From positions 14,049 to 78,048 of the forward strand of contig JAPKBZ010000009.1 of the NCBI GenBank assembly GCA_028823175.1: a stretch of 64,000 nt of DNA, read 5' to 3'. A program made the translations under genes and the position numbers. The notes beneath the pieces are model-generated. The model was given only the letters and a program-made list of their open reading frames with translations. It was not told where the DNA came from and did no database searches. Within the stretch, counting starts at the first letter, position 1; each line of letters starts with the position of its first letter. The stretch is from Myxococcota bacterium (GTDB lineage Bacteria; Myxococcota_A; UBA9160; UBA4427). This document shows, one piece after another, positions 36,328 to 44,864 of the stretch.

Positions 36328-38344
36328 GGCGAAGCCCCTCGGCTGGATCGATTCTCGCTCCCTGGCGGCTGGGCAAGAGAGTCGCCCCGAGCGAGAGGAC
36401 CATCGCGATCGCCACCACACCGGCCACCTGGAGGGGATCCAGGCGCGATGGCAGGTTCGAAAATTGGTAGATACCAGCGGGGAGCGCGTCGACGCCCGTG
36501 AGGCTCTCGATGCGATCCTGAATCCAGCCGAGGCGGTGGGTGACCGCCAGCGCCGCCACCACGCCGATGAACGTTCCCGCCAAACCGATCAAGGTGCCCT
36601 CCAGGGCAAATATTCGCTCCACCGTTGCGTCCTCGGCCCCCATTGCCTTCAGGATCGCGATATCGCCGGTTTTTTCCATAATCATCATGATAAGCGTGGC
36701 CACGATCACGAAGGCGGCCACCACCATGATCATCGTCAACAACATGAACATCATGATCCGCTCGGTTTTGAGAGCCTGAAAGAAGGCCGGGAAGAATTCC
36801 TTCCAGTCCCGGGTGCTGAAGGGGTAGCCCAACTCCCCACGGACCGCGTCGGCAACCCGGCGTGAGCGGTAATGATCGGTCGTCAAGCCCTCGACCCCGT
36901 CGATCACGTCCCCCACCCGTCGGAAACCCTGGGCCGCTGCCATGGTTACGTAGGCGAACGCCTCGTCGAATTGGTAAAAGCTCGACCGGAAAACTCCTTC
37001 TACCTGGAAGCGCGCCAGCCTCGGCGAGGGACCGAGGGGGGTCGGCGGCCCCCCAAAAGGCGAAATAAGGACGAGCGAATCGCCGACATCCACCCCGAGG
37101 GAGGTGGCCAACTGGTTGCCGATGACGACCCCCGGAATCGGCGGCTCGGCTTCCTCTCCCTCGACCTCGGAGCCCCCACGATCCGGCCTGGCCTCGAGAC
37201 TCGCAAGCGACCCGCTCACCATGTCCTGGCCCAGGCGAGTGACCTCCGCCACCCGATCGGCGTCGACTCCCCTGACCCGAACCGTGTAGATCTCACCCCC
37301 CCGACCGCGAATCATGGCGTCTGCGTCGATGAAGGGAGAAACCGCCACGACGCCCGGCACGGCCTCGACCCGCTCCAGAATCGCCTCATAATCCGCGAAA
37401 GCGCCGTCTTCACTCTCCAGAACGAAATGAGCCCGATTTCCGAGAATTTCCTCGCGCCAAGTCTCCTCGAAACCATTCATCACGGATAGGACCACCACGA
37501 TCAGCCAGACCCCGGCCGCGATTCCCAGAATGCAGATCGCGGTAATGGCCGAAATGAAGACCTGCCTTCGGCGAGCCACGAGGTAGCGGGTGGCGATGAA
37601 CCACTCAACCGAACCAAACATCCCCACCAGCCCCGCGACGGCGAGGGGGAGCAAGCCCAAGAGGATCCCGGCGCCAAGGACGGCGAGGATCGCCAAGCTC
37701 AGATCCCCAAAGAGCTCCCGGGGCATCGCCCCCATGAGCGCCACCAAGGACCCGGCCACCAGAACCAGGACGAGGCCGCGCAGTTGAAGTTCCCTGCGCG
37801 AGGCTTCCCCGCGCCCGGTATAGCGACGGCGCAATCCGGCGGCGGCGAGTCCACATGCCAGGGCCAGAGCCAGAGCCAGAGGCAACTCGGGCAAGCCCCG
37901 AGCCCCGGCCAGGGTCGATCCCGAGAGAAGGGCGACGAGTTGCAAGAGCCCGCCCCCGCGGCGGGAATCGACTCGCTTCAACAGTAACGACACCGCCCCC
38001 ATGGCGATGAGGACAAGGCCGAGACCGGGTGCAAGCACCTCCCCCATCGCGGCCCACCAAGCAGACCAGGGTTCGAGTCTCAATTCCGGGCGGGTCATCT
38101 GAAGGAAGACGGCCGCCCCCACGAACGCCGCGCTCGCGCCGCTGATAACTCGGGCCATCACGCCCGCCGAAACCCGGGCGAAGCCCTCGAGGACGACCAC
38201 CGCGCTTGCGCAATAGAGCACCGTCAGAACAATCATTCCCAGGGCCAGGGCAACGATGAACGCCAGGGCAATGCCGCCCCCCAAGAAGGCCGATCCCTGC
38301 CCGATTGCCGCCCAGAGTTCCAAGTACTTTGTCTCCTCGCGCAC
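36320..38344 (-). CDS. lolE: LolC/LolE-type (MacB-fold, FtsX-domain) permease with a 241-aa multi-helix membrane N-terminal extension
   Basis: 674-aa ORF. Residues ~242-674 look like a full LolC/E: FIATRYLVARRRQ.., a TM helix, a periplasmic domain, then the FtsX helices. Residues 1-241 are several hydrophobic helices in the same frame with the same high GC3. The GTG start lies 17 nt (38345-38361) downstream of the prfB stop codon. Confidence 0.8.
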   Translation of the reverse strand: MREETKYLELWAAIGQGSAFLGGGIALAFIVALALGMIVLTVLYCASAVVVLEGFARVSAGVMARVISGASAAFVGAAVFLQMTRPELRLEPWSAWWAAMGEVLAPGLGLVLIAMGAVSLLLKRVDSRRGGGLLQLVALLSGSTLAGARGLPELPLALALALACGLAAAGLRRRYTGRGEASRRELQLRGLVLVLVAGSLVALMGAMPRELFGDLSLAILAVLGAGILLGLLPLAVAGLVGMFGSVEWFIATRYLVARRRQVFISAITAICILGIAAGVWLIVVVLSVMNGFEETWREEILGNRAHFVLESEDGAFADYEAILERVEAVPGVVAVSPFIDADAMIRGRGGEIYTVRVRGVDADRVAEVTRLGQDMVSGSLASLEARPDRGGSEVEGEEAEPPIPGVVIGNQLATSLGVDVGDSLVLISPFGGPPTPLGPSPRLARFQVEGVFRSSFYQFDEAFAYVTMAAAQGFRRVGDVIDGVEGLTTDHYRSRRVADAVRGELGYPFSTRDWKEFFPAFFQALKTERIMMFMLLTMIMVVAAFVIVATLIMMIMEKTGDIAILKAMGAEDATVERIFALEGTLIGLAGTFIGVVAALAVTHRLGWIQDRIESLTGVDALPAGIYQFSNLPSRLDPLQVAGVVAIAMVLSLGATLLPSRQGARIDPAEGLRHE

Positions 38345-38363
38345 GCCGGGGCCTGCCCCGCCG

Positions 38364-39507
38364 TCAGTCTTCCGCTCGCGATCCGCCGGATTGATGCAGC
38401 AGGGCGGATCGGATCAGCCCGTCGAGGTCCCCGTCGAGCACCCCCTCCACGTTTCCGACCTCGAGGTCCGTCCGATGGTCCTTCACCCTTTGCTGCGGGT
38501 GAAGGGTATAGGAGCGAATCTGACTGCCGAAACCGATCTCTCGCTTCTCCCCGGTGATCTCCGCCATTTTGGCTTCCTGCGCCCGACGGGAGAGTTCGAA
38601 GAGTTGCGCCCGCAAGACCTTCATCGCGGTGGCCTTGTTCTTGTGTTGAGAACGTTCATTCTGGCATTGGACCACGGTCCCCGTCGGGATATGGGTAATG
38701 CGAACCGCCGAATCGGTCTTGTTCACGTGCTGACCACCGGCGCCGCTTGAGCGATAGGTATCGATACGAAGGTCACTCTCGTCCAATTCCACTTCGACAT
38801 CATCGTCGATCTCCGGAATCGCGGTCACGCTGGCAAAGGCCGTATGCCGACGGGCCTGAGAGTCAAAGGGCGAAATACGAACGAGGCGGTGCACCCCCTG
38901 CTCGGCGTTGAGATGGCCGTACGCGTAACCCCCAGCGATCGAAAGCGTCGCGCTACGGATCCCCGCCTCTTCGGCGGACTGGATATCGATGATCTCGGCA
39001 CGAAACCCCCGCCTCTCCGCCCAGCGGAGATACATCCGCATGATCATCTCGGCCCAATCGCACGCATCGGTGCCGCCCGCCCCGGAGTTGATCGACAGAA
39101 TCGCATCCGAATGATCGTATCGCCCACCGAGCAACTGGCGCAGCTCCGCGTCCTCCAGCGCCGAGGCCACCTGGAGAAATTTTCCCTCGGCTTCTCCCCG
39201 TGCATCGTCATCGTCCGCTTCCGCGGCGAGTTCGAGCAAAATGCCGGCTTCCTCCAGGGAATTCTCCACGCCGTCATAGAGGGAAATCTCGGTTTCGAGT
39301 TCGCTCTTCTTTCGCGAAATCTGCTCGGCGTGCTCGCGGTCGTCCCAGAAATCCGGACGGCCCATTTCGGATTCGATCTCTTCGTGCCGCGCTCTCAGAC
39401 CCACCAGGTCAAAGACGCCCCCGAAACTCATCGAAACGAGCACTCAGAACTCGAAGTTTTTCCTCGAGTTCGTTCTGGTCGAACTTATTCGCCGGGTTAC
39501 CGGCCAT
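38364..39507 (-). CDS. prfB: Peptide chain release factor 2, expressed through a programmed +1 frameshift
   Basis: Frame 0 runs 39507-39412 (MAGNPANKFDQNELEEKLRVLSARFDEFRGRL) and ends at TGA 39411-39409. The +1 frame continues from GAC at 39410 (DLVGLRARHEEIE..) through SPF and GGQHVNKTDSAVRITH. Confidence 0.93.
39408..39423 (-). promoter_or_regulatory. RF2 autoregulatory +1 frameshift site
   Basis: The minus strand reads CGGGGGCGT CTT TGA C. This is an SD-like GGGGG, 3 nt, then the slippery CUU followed by UGA C, the same architecture as E. coli prfB. Confidence 0.9.
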
Positions 39508-39690
39508 ATCGCACCCCCATGAAATCTCCCAAATCCACGCGCCCGCTAGGCACCCCCTTGGACCGAATCCGGAAGACAGACCCGCGCTCTCCAACTCGAT
39601 TTCAGAGCCGAAGCACTCATACCGAAGGCGCAGTAGATAGCAGATCGCACGAATCGATCGGAATGCGCCCCACCGTCGCTCTGCACGGCC

Positions 39691-40131
39691 TCAACCGACG
39701 GCCTTCCAGAGCCTCCGCTGCTCGGCTCGCATAATTTGCGCCTCCTCCGGGTCTTCGTGATCGTGCCCCAGAATATGGAGCAAGCCGTGGACGACCAGGC
39801 GAGCCACCTCTTCGTCGAGGCCCCTGTGGCGCGCGGCAGCCTGCCGCGCAGCCGTCTCCACGCTGATGACAACATCCCCCAGGAGCCCACCCCGGTGCCC
39901 CACCCCCTCGCCCTCGAGGAGCGAAAACGAGAGTACATCCGTGGCCTTCCGCTTCTGCCTCCACTCCCCGTTCAATTCGCGAATATCCGCGTCGTCGACC
40001 AAGGCGATGGAGAGCTCGGAATTTCGATGCCCCGTCTGGGCCAGCATGCCCCGGGCACGCTGTTTCAGCAGCTTCACATCCACCCAGGCGCCGCGAACAC
40101 CGGGAGGAGGCCCACTGAGCCGAACTGCCAT
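39691..40131 (-). CDS. ybeY: rRNA maturation endoribonuclease YbeY
   Basis: 146 aa containing HGLLHILGHDHEDPEEA (the zinc-binding H3 motif). Its start shares 1 nt with the phoH stop codon. Confidence 0.93.
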   Translation of the reverse strand: MAVRLSGPPPGVRGAWVDVKLLKQRARGMLAQTGHRNSELSIALVDDADIRELNGEWRQKRKATDVLSFSLLEGEGVGHRGGLLGDVVISVETAARQAAARHRGLDEEVARLVVHGLLHILGHDHEDPEEAQIMRAEQRRLWKAVG

Positions 40132-41186
40132 CAGTCGGGGTTCGAGACGGGGGTCGAGATGGGGGTCGAGATGGGGGTCGAGACGGGGGTCGACTCCGCC
40201 GCAGGTCTTCGGGCCGTGACGGGCTCGTAGGCCTCGTACGCTTCGACGATGGACTGAACCAAGGGGTGGCGAACGACATCCGTCCGCGAAAAGTGCAGCT
40301 GGCCGATCGCGTCCACGCCCTCCAAGACCCGCATAGCCTGCACCAAACCGCTTTGGGTCCCTTTAGGCAGATCCACCTGGGTGACATCCCCCGTGACCAC
40401 GGCTTTGGAGCCGAAGCCGAGCCGAGTCAGGAACATCTTCATCTGTTCGCCCGTGGTGTTCTGGGCCTCGTCGAGAATCACGAATGAGTCGTTCAGGGTT
40501 CGCCCGCGCATGAAGGCCAGAGGCGCCACCTCGATCACCCCCCTCTCGGTCAGCCTCCCAATCTTCTCGAAATCCATCATATCGTGAAGCGCATCGTAGA
40601 GCGGGCGCATGTAGGGATCGACCTTCTCGGTCAAGTCACCGGGCAGGAAGCCCAGCCTCTCCCCCGCCTCCACTGCGGGGCGGGTCAAGATCACGCGGCT
40701 CACCTCTTTGCGATTCAAGGCGGCAATGGCCATCGCCATGGCAAGATAGGTCTTGCCCGTACCCGCAGGCCCGATGCAGACAGTGACGTCGTGGGTCCGA
40801 ATCGTCTCGACGTAGCGACGCTGAGAGAGATTTTTTGCCCGAATCGGGCGACGTGCTCCCACGCTTCCCAGAACGTCTTCGTAGACTTCATCGAGTTTTA
40901 CGCTGGGCTTTTCCACGACCATTTCGATGGCCGCTCCCACATCACGTTCGTGCACTCTCCGGCCCGACCGCAAAACTCCATAGAGTTGCTCGAGCACGTT
41001 GCGCGCCAGCTCCACCGGCACACTCTCGCCCGCCAGGCGAACCTCGTTCCCACGTGCATGGGCCTGGACACCCAACCGCTCCTGGATCAGGCGGAGGTGC
41101 ACCTCACCGTCGCCGTAGAGTTGGGCTGCGGTGAGGTTGTCGTCGAAGGTAATGGTCTTTCGGATCGCCGGAACTCCGTCGCTCAG
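40131..41186 (-). CDS. phoH: PhoH-family ATPase (YbeZ-like)
   Basis: Motifs are GPAGTGKTYLAMA (Walker A), FVILDEAQNT and VVTGDVTQVDLP. The first canonical start is GTG at 41102. PhoH-like sequence (ITFDDNLTAAQLYGDGE) continues upstream, so I extend to the CTG at 41186, which sits 6 nt after a GGAG. The start is uncertain. Confidence 0.85.
   Translation of the reverse strand: MSDGVPAIRKTITFDDNLTAAQLYGDGEVHLRLIQERLGVQAHARGNEVRLAGESVPVELARNVLEQLYGVLRSGRRVHERDVGAAIEMVVEKPSVKLDEVYEDVLGSVGARRPIRAKNLSQRRYVETIRTHDVTVCIGPAGTGKTYLAMAMAIAALNRKEVSRVILTRPAVEAGERLGFLPGDLTEKVDPYMRPLYDALHDMMDFEKIGRLTERGVIEVAPLAFMRGRTLNDSFVILDEAQNTTGEQMKMFLTRLGFGSKAVVTGDVTQVDLPKGTQSGLVQAMRVLEGVDAIGQLHFSRTDVVRHPLVQSIVEAYEAYEPVTARRPAAESTPVSTPISTPISTPVSNPD
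40137..40194. repeat. 12-bp tandem repeat (about 4.8 copies) at the 3' end of phoH
   Basis: ggggttcgagac / gggggtcgagat / gggggtcgagat / gggggtcgagac / gggggtcgac. It encodes STPV-STPI-STPI-STPV-SNPD. Confidence 0.9.
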
Positions 41187-41201
41187 TCTAGACTCCTGTG
41201 T

Positions 41202-42323
41202 TCAACGCCTGGGCGCGAGCAGAACCATACCGTCTCCACGCCGCATGTAATAGTACGCGGAGGCGGTTTCCGGAGTCAATCCCCCAGCCTCGCCCCAGCC
41301 ACTCCGGAGGAGAAAATTCAGCTCATGGGGCCAGAGTCCCGTCCCGTAGCGGCGTGCTTCGAGGAGGTTGTGCAAATGCTGACGACCGAATTGGGCCCGG
41401 GCCTCTTCGAGGGGATGCTCCACGATGCTCCGCTGGCTCGCTCGCTGAGCCGCCAGGGACTGACTGAAGATCTGGGCGCTGACCCCGGCCAGCAGCAAGA
41501 GGGGCAGCAGCGCGGCGAGCGCGTATTTCGCCGCCGCCAAGGCCCTGCCCGAGCCCCATTTCCTGCCCTTCCGGCGCGCCCGAAACATCGGATCCACGAC
41601 CTCGACCACCCCTGCGCGACGGAGATCGGTCAGGATCCTGCCCGCCACAAAGGTGCCCAAACGGGAGCGATCGATGACCTCTCGGAAAGTACTCTCGCCG
41701 TCCACGAAATGTGCGATCAGGCGGACGCGATCCGTCCCGCCCCGAGCACCGTCCTCAAGACGAGCGCAATACTCATCGACGGGGCTGAGGACTTCGAGCA
41801 CGTCGCCCTCGCCGGGCAAGCCGCCGGCAAAGGTCTGCCACTCGTCCTGCATCCGCATGCCGTCCATCAGGACCTGCTCGGCCACCAGGGTTCGCTCGGG
41901 CGGTGAAGCGGGATCGTCGGACCCAGCGATGAATTCGAACGAGCCACCGACCTGGGCCATCAGGGAGAAAAGGGTTTCCCGGGTCATCAACTCCGAGATG
42001 GCTGCGATCTCGTCCGCCTCCGCGATGCCTTCGGCCTCCAGGAGGTCGGGAAGCGGGCGCGCCGAATCCGCCGACTCCTGCAGTTTCTGTCTGATCTGGC
42101 CTGCGGAAACCAGACCACACCGCGTCAGAAAATCGGCCAAACCGGCGAATTCTTCTTCGCCCACCGGTATCGCCCACACCAAGCCCCCGCCCTCGAAAGC
42201 GACACGAACCGAGCCCTTCGCACCGTTCACCTCCAGAAAGCCGGTCTTTCTCTGATGGCCGATCAATTGAAAAATCTCTGCGACTCCAAAATCGGCGAGA
42301 TTGCCTTTGAGAGCGACACTCAT
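41202..42323 (-). CDS. DUF4388 (PATAN-like) domain protein with a C-terminal membrane anchor
   Basis: 373 aa. The N-terminal LKGNLADFGVAEIFQLIGHQRKTGFLEV is the DUF4388 signature. A hydrophobic helix (ALAALLPLLLLAGVSAQIF) lies near the C-terminus. Confidence 0.75.
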   Translation of the reverse strand: MSVALKGNLADFGVAEIFQLIGHQRKTGFLEVNGAKGSVRVAFEGGGLVWAIPVGEEEFAGLADFLTRCGLVSAGQIRQKLQESADSARPLPDLLEAEGIAEADEIAAISELMTRETLFSLMAQVGGSFEFIAGSDDPASPPERTLVAEQVLMDGMRMQDEWQTFAGGLPGEGDVLEVLSPVDEYCARLEDGARGGTDRVRLIAHFVDGESTFREVIDRSRLGTFVAGRILTDLRRAGVVEVVDPMFRARRKGRKWGSGRALAAAKYALAALLPLLLLAGVSAQIFSQSLAAQRASQRSIVEHPLEEARAQFGRQHLHNLLEARRYGTGLWPHELNFLLRSGWGEAGGLTPETASAYYYMRRGDGMVLLAPRR

Positions 42324-42324
42324 G

Positions 42325-44205
42325 CTAACGAGGTCTCCAGCTGATCAGGCTACTGAAGAGCACCCCGAGGTAGAGGATCGCCACCAGGAAGGCCGCGGAC
42401 CCGAGGACCAAGGTCCCGCTGGAGCCCACCGCCAAGGGATCGGGCACCACGCCTCGACGCCAGAGAAGGAAGAACAGACCGGCGAAGAAGAGAACCAGGG
42501 CGGCCAGGGCAAGCTCTGGCCGCCGAGCCCGAAAACCGGCCAGCCCGGGAACCACAATCGAAGTGGCAATGCCGATTCTCTCCAGGCGATCAGCACGCGA
42601 TCGCAGCACCTCTATCCGGCGGGCCCTCAGCCTTGGGTCCGTATCCTCGGGTTTTCTGAAGATGTGGTGACAGGCTTCGCACAGCTCATCCCCCTCCACC
42701 TCGCCGTCGCAACGCCGGCACAGTCGTCGTCCACAACGCAGACACTGGGACGCGCGCCCGAAACGGCCCTGTACGAGGAGTCCAAGTAGAAATACCCCAC
42801 TCAACCCCGCCGCGGCATGGCCCGCGGTCTCCCCGAGCCAACCCGGGGCGATGAGTCGAGTTGCTGAGCGCACCATCGGCCACCCATCCGCCGCTTTGAT
42901 CATGCGCTTGCGGATCGGCGCCAGGGAAAAAGGCGGATCCGCCACAAAATTCGGATCGTTCAAGGCGAGGAATTCGGCGACCGCCACCGAGTCGATTTCC
43001 TGGGCCCGGGCCAGGGCGAATTCACCGTCGTCCATGCGAAAGATCTTCCCGTAGGCCTCGGAGAGGTCGAACATCAACTCGGCGGACCGTACTCGACCGC
43101 GACGACCGCGCTCGTAGAAAACAATCGCCTGCTGGGTCTCCCCGCCTTCGAAGGCGATATTGCCCAGGACGGTCAGGGAAAAAGAATCGCGCGGATCGGA
43201 CTCTACGATTCGAAGGAAACGCTCGCTGGCGTCCCGATCGGCTCCGAGCCGCCGTGCGCGCACGGCAAGGCTGCGATCCACCAGGGGGTCTCGACCGGGC
43301 ACGGTCTCCAAGAGAAGAGCGAGTTGTTGGGGAGTTTCGCTGCCCCGAACCAGCGCCAGAGAGGCCGACGCGAGAGGGTCGGCATTCAAGGCACTGAGGA
43401 GCTTGCCGCTGGCCTGGAGCATGGGGTAGAGCCCCAACAAAAAAAACAGAGCGGCCAAGGTGAGGACGATTCGATCGCGCAGGCCACCGTAGACCACCGC
43501 CACCCCGAGCAGGACAACGCCCACTCCGAGCAGCCCCTCCCCCGCGAGCACCGGCAGCCCCAAAAGCGAAGCCAAGAGAGCAGCCCGGGCGAACGCGGGC
43601 ATACCCCGGGCGAAGCCATCCCCCAGGTCGTGGGCCGCCGGACTCAGGACCCGAGCGCCCGAGGCCAGAATAAACATCCCGGCTCCGCCGATCAGGGCCC
43701 CTGCCAGGATCATCAGCAGAGAGCCCACCAACCAGACACTCGCCTCAAGATGGCGGGGAATACTGATGACGCTCGCGCCGTACTCCGCCAGAGCCGCCCC
43801 GTACTCACCCTCATCCCAGTGAGCCGCCGCCATCGCGGAGTGGGCAAGAGGCAGGTCGGGCGCGAGCTTGACCGAGAGTTCTCGCCGAGCGAAGACCGTC
43901 CCGTCGCCGCCCCCGGCGATCAGCGCCCGAGCCGGAGAGTCGAGGCTTGCCACTCCCAGGGCCAGGGCCCGGCGGCGAATCTTCTGCCCCCGAGAGGTGA
44001 GAGTGGCGCCCGGGGTCAACCAGATGCTCTCGATCTCCGAGCGGTAGCGCGGGTCCGAGCTCGGCTTTGCCTTGCCCGAGGCCGCGGCGGAATCGGGGGG
44101 CGGAGGCGACGGAGCCGCCCAGGCCGCAGCCGCCAGGCACAGGAAGACCAGAGCCCAGAAAGGGGCCCAAACGCAAATCCTGTCCCGGGAAATCGCTACT
44201 CGCAT
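42325..44205 (-). CDS. Multi-helix membrane protein with TPR-like region and CxxC..CxxC zinc-ribbon, function unknown
   Basis: The ORF is open to 44361. I prefer the ATG at 44205 (MRVAISRDRICVWAPFWALVFLCLAAAAWA, signal-like), because 44339-44367 holds the divergent rpsT promoter. It contains CLRCGRRLCRRCDGEVEGDELCEACHH. Its stop codon is 1 nt from the DUF4388 gene start. Confidence 0.6.
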   Translation of the reverse strand: MRVAISRDRICVWAPFWALVFLCLAAAAWAAPSPPPPDSAAASGKAKPSSDPRYRSEIESIWLTPGATLTSRGQKIRRRALALGVASLDSPARALIAGGGDGTVFARRELSVKLAPDLPLAHSAMAAAHWDEGEYGAALAEYGASVISIPRHLEASVWLVGSLLMILAGALIGGAGMFILASGARVLSPAAHDLGDGFARGMPAFARAALLASLLGLPVLAGEGLLGVGVVLLGVAVVYGGLRDRIVLTLAALFFLLGLYPMLQASGKLLSALNADPLASASLALVRGSETPQQLALLLETVPGRDPLVDRSLAVRARRLGADRDASERFLRIVESDPRDSFSLTVLGNIAFEGGETQQAIVFYERGRRGRVRSAELMFDLSEAYGKIFRMDDGEFALARAQEIDSVAVAEFLALNDPNFVADPPFSLAPIRKRMIKAADGWPMVRSATRLIAPGWLGETAGHAAAGLSGVFLLGLLVQGRFGRASQCLRCGRRLCRRCDGEVEGDELCEACHHIFRKPEDTDPRLRARRIEVLRSRADRLERIGIATSIVVPGLAGFRARRPELALAALVLFFAGLFFLLWRRGVVPDPLAVGSSGTLVLGSAAFLVAILYLGVLFSSLISWRPR

Positions 44206-44338
44206 CCTTCTCCTGTTTCGGCTGTTTCGGCCCCAACGGCCTTCGCCTGAAGCGGTCACCCCGGCTTCCCTGGTCGCCTCAGCTTCCCCGGTCATTTTGG
44301 ATTCCCCCTGGGAAAAATGAGTAGTGTCGGTATGAGCA

Positions 44339-44367
44339 TCGACATTCGGGTCAGTCGGCACTAGTAT
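44339..44367 (+). promoter_or_regulatory. Sigma-70-type promoter for rpsT
   Basis: TCGACA (44339-44344), a 17-nt spacer, then TAGTAT (44362-44367). This lies about 30 nt upstream of the TTG start. The ATG at 44366 used by the track ORF sits inside the -10 box. Confidence 0.5.
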
Positions 44368-44398
44368 GCGCGCCCCAGAATTACCACGGGAGAGGATC

Positions 44399-44665
44399 TT
44401 GGCTAATCACAAGTCTGCGCTGAAGCGTATCCGCCAATCTGCGCGGCGCCAGAAGCACAACCAACACATTCGCAGCGGCATGCGGAGCGAAATCAAGCGC
44501 TTTCGTCAGGCCGTCGAAGCCGGCGATTCCGCGGGAGCGAGCGAGCGATTCGCCGCCGCCGAGCGCGCCATTCGTCGGGCCTCGAGCAAGGGGCTGATCC
44601 CGAAGCGGCGCGCGGATCGAAGCGTCGGCCGCCTGGCCAAGAGCCTGAACGCCCTCGGCAGCTGA
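44399..44665 (+). CDS. rpsT: 30S ribosomal protein S20
   Basis: The TTG at 44399 follows GGGAGAGGA and gives (M)ANHKSALKRIRQSARRQKHNQ.., the canonical S20 N-terminus. E. coli rpsT also uses UUG. Confidence 0.92.
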   Translation: MANHKSALKRIRQSARRQKHNQHIRSGMRSEIKRFRQAVEAGDSAGASERFAAAERAIRRASSKGLIPKRRADRSVGRLAKSLNALGS

Positions 44666-44756
44666 CGGCTCCACGAATTAGCCACAACCCGGACTGCCAC
44701 ACCACAATGGGGGGTTCGGAGCAAGGCTCCTCGGCGCTTCGGCGGTCCGTGGGGTT

Positions 44757-44790
44757 GCGCTGTGGTGCGCTGTGGTGCGCTGTGGTGCGC
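44757..44790. repeat. 10-bp tandem repeat GCGCTGTGGT x3.4, running into the 12-bp palindrome GCGCGATCGCGC (44787-44798)
   Basis: Read directly in the convergent spacer between rpsT and holA. Confidence 0.9.
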
Positions 44791-44806
44791 GATCGCGCGC
44801 CGCGGT

Positions 44807-44832
44807 GCTTTTCAATCATGCTTTTCAATCAT
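44807..44832. repeat. 13-bp perfect tandem duplication GCTTTTCAATCAT x2
   Basis: Read directly: 44807-44819 and 44820-44832. Confidence 0.9.
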
Positions 44833-44864
44833 TTTGTCCCAGCCTTGGCCTCGATCGATCCCAT

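Noticed and set aside
36320-38344. The long lolE ORF as an assembly frameshift, or as two fused genes (pseudogene artefact).
   Set aside because: The frame is continuous with uniform G/C-ending codon bias across the junction near 37621. The start is positioned 17 nt after the prfB stop codon. I therefore kept it as a single CDS and flagged the extension as a finding.
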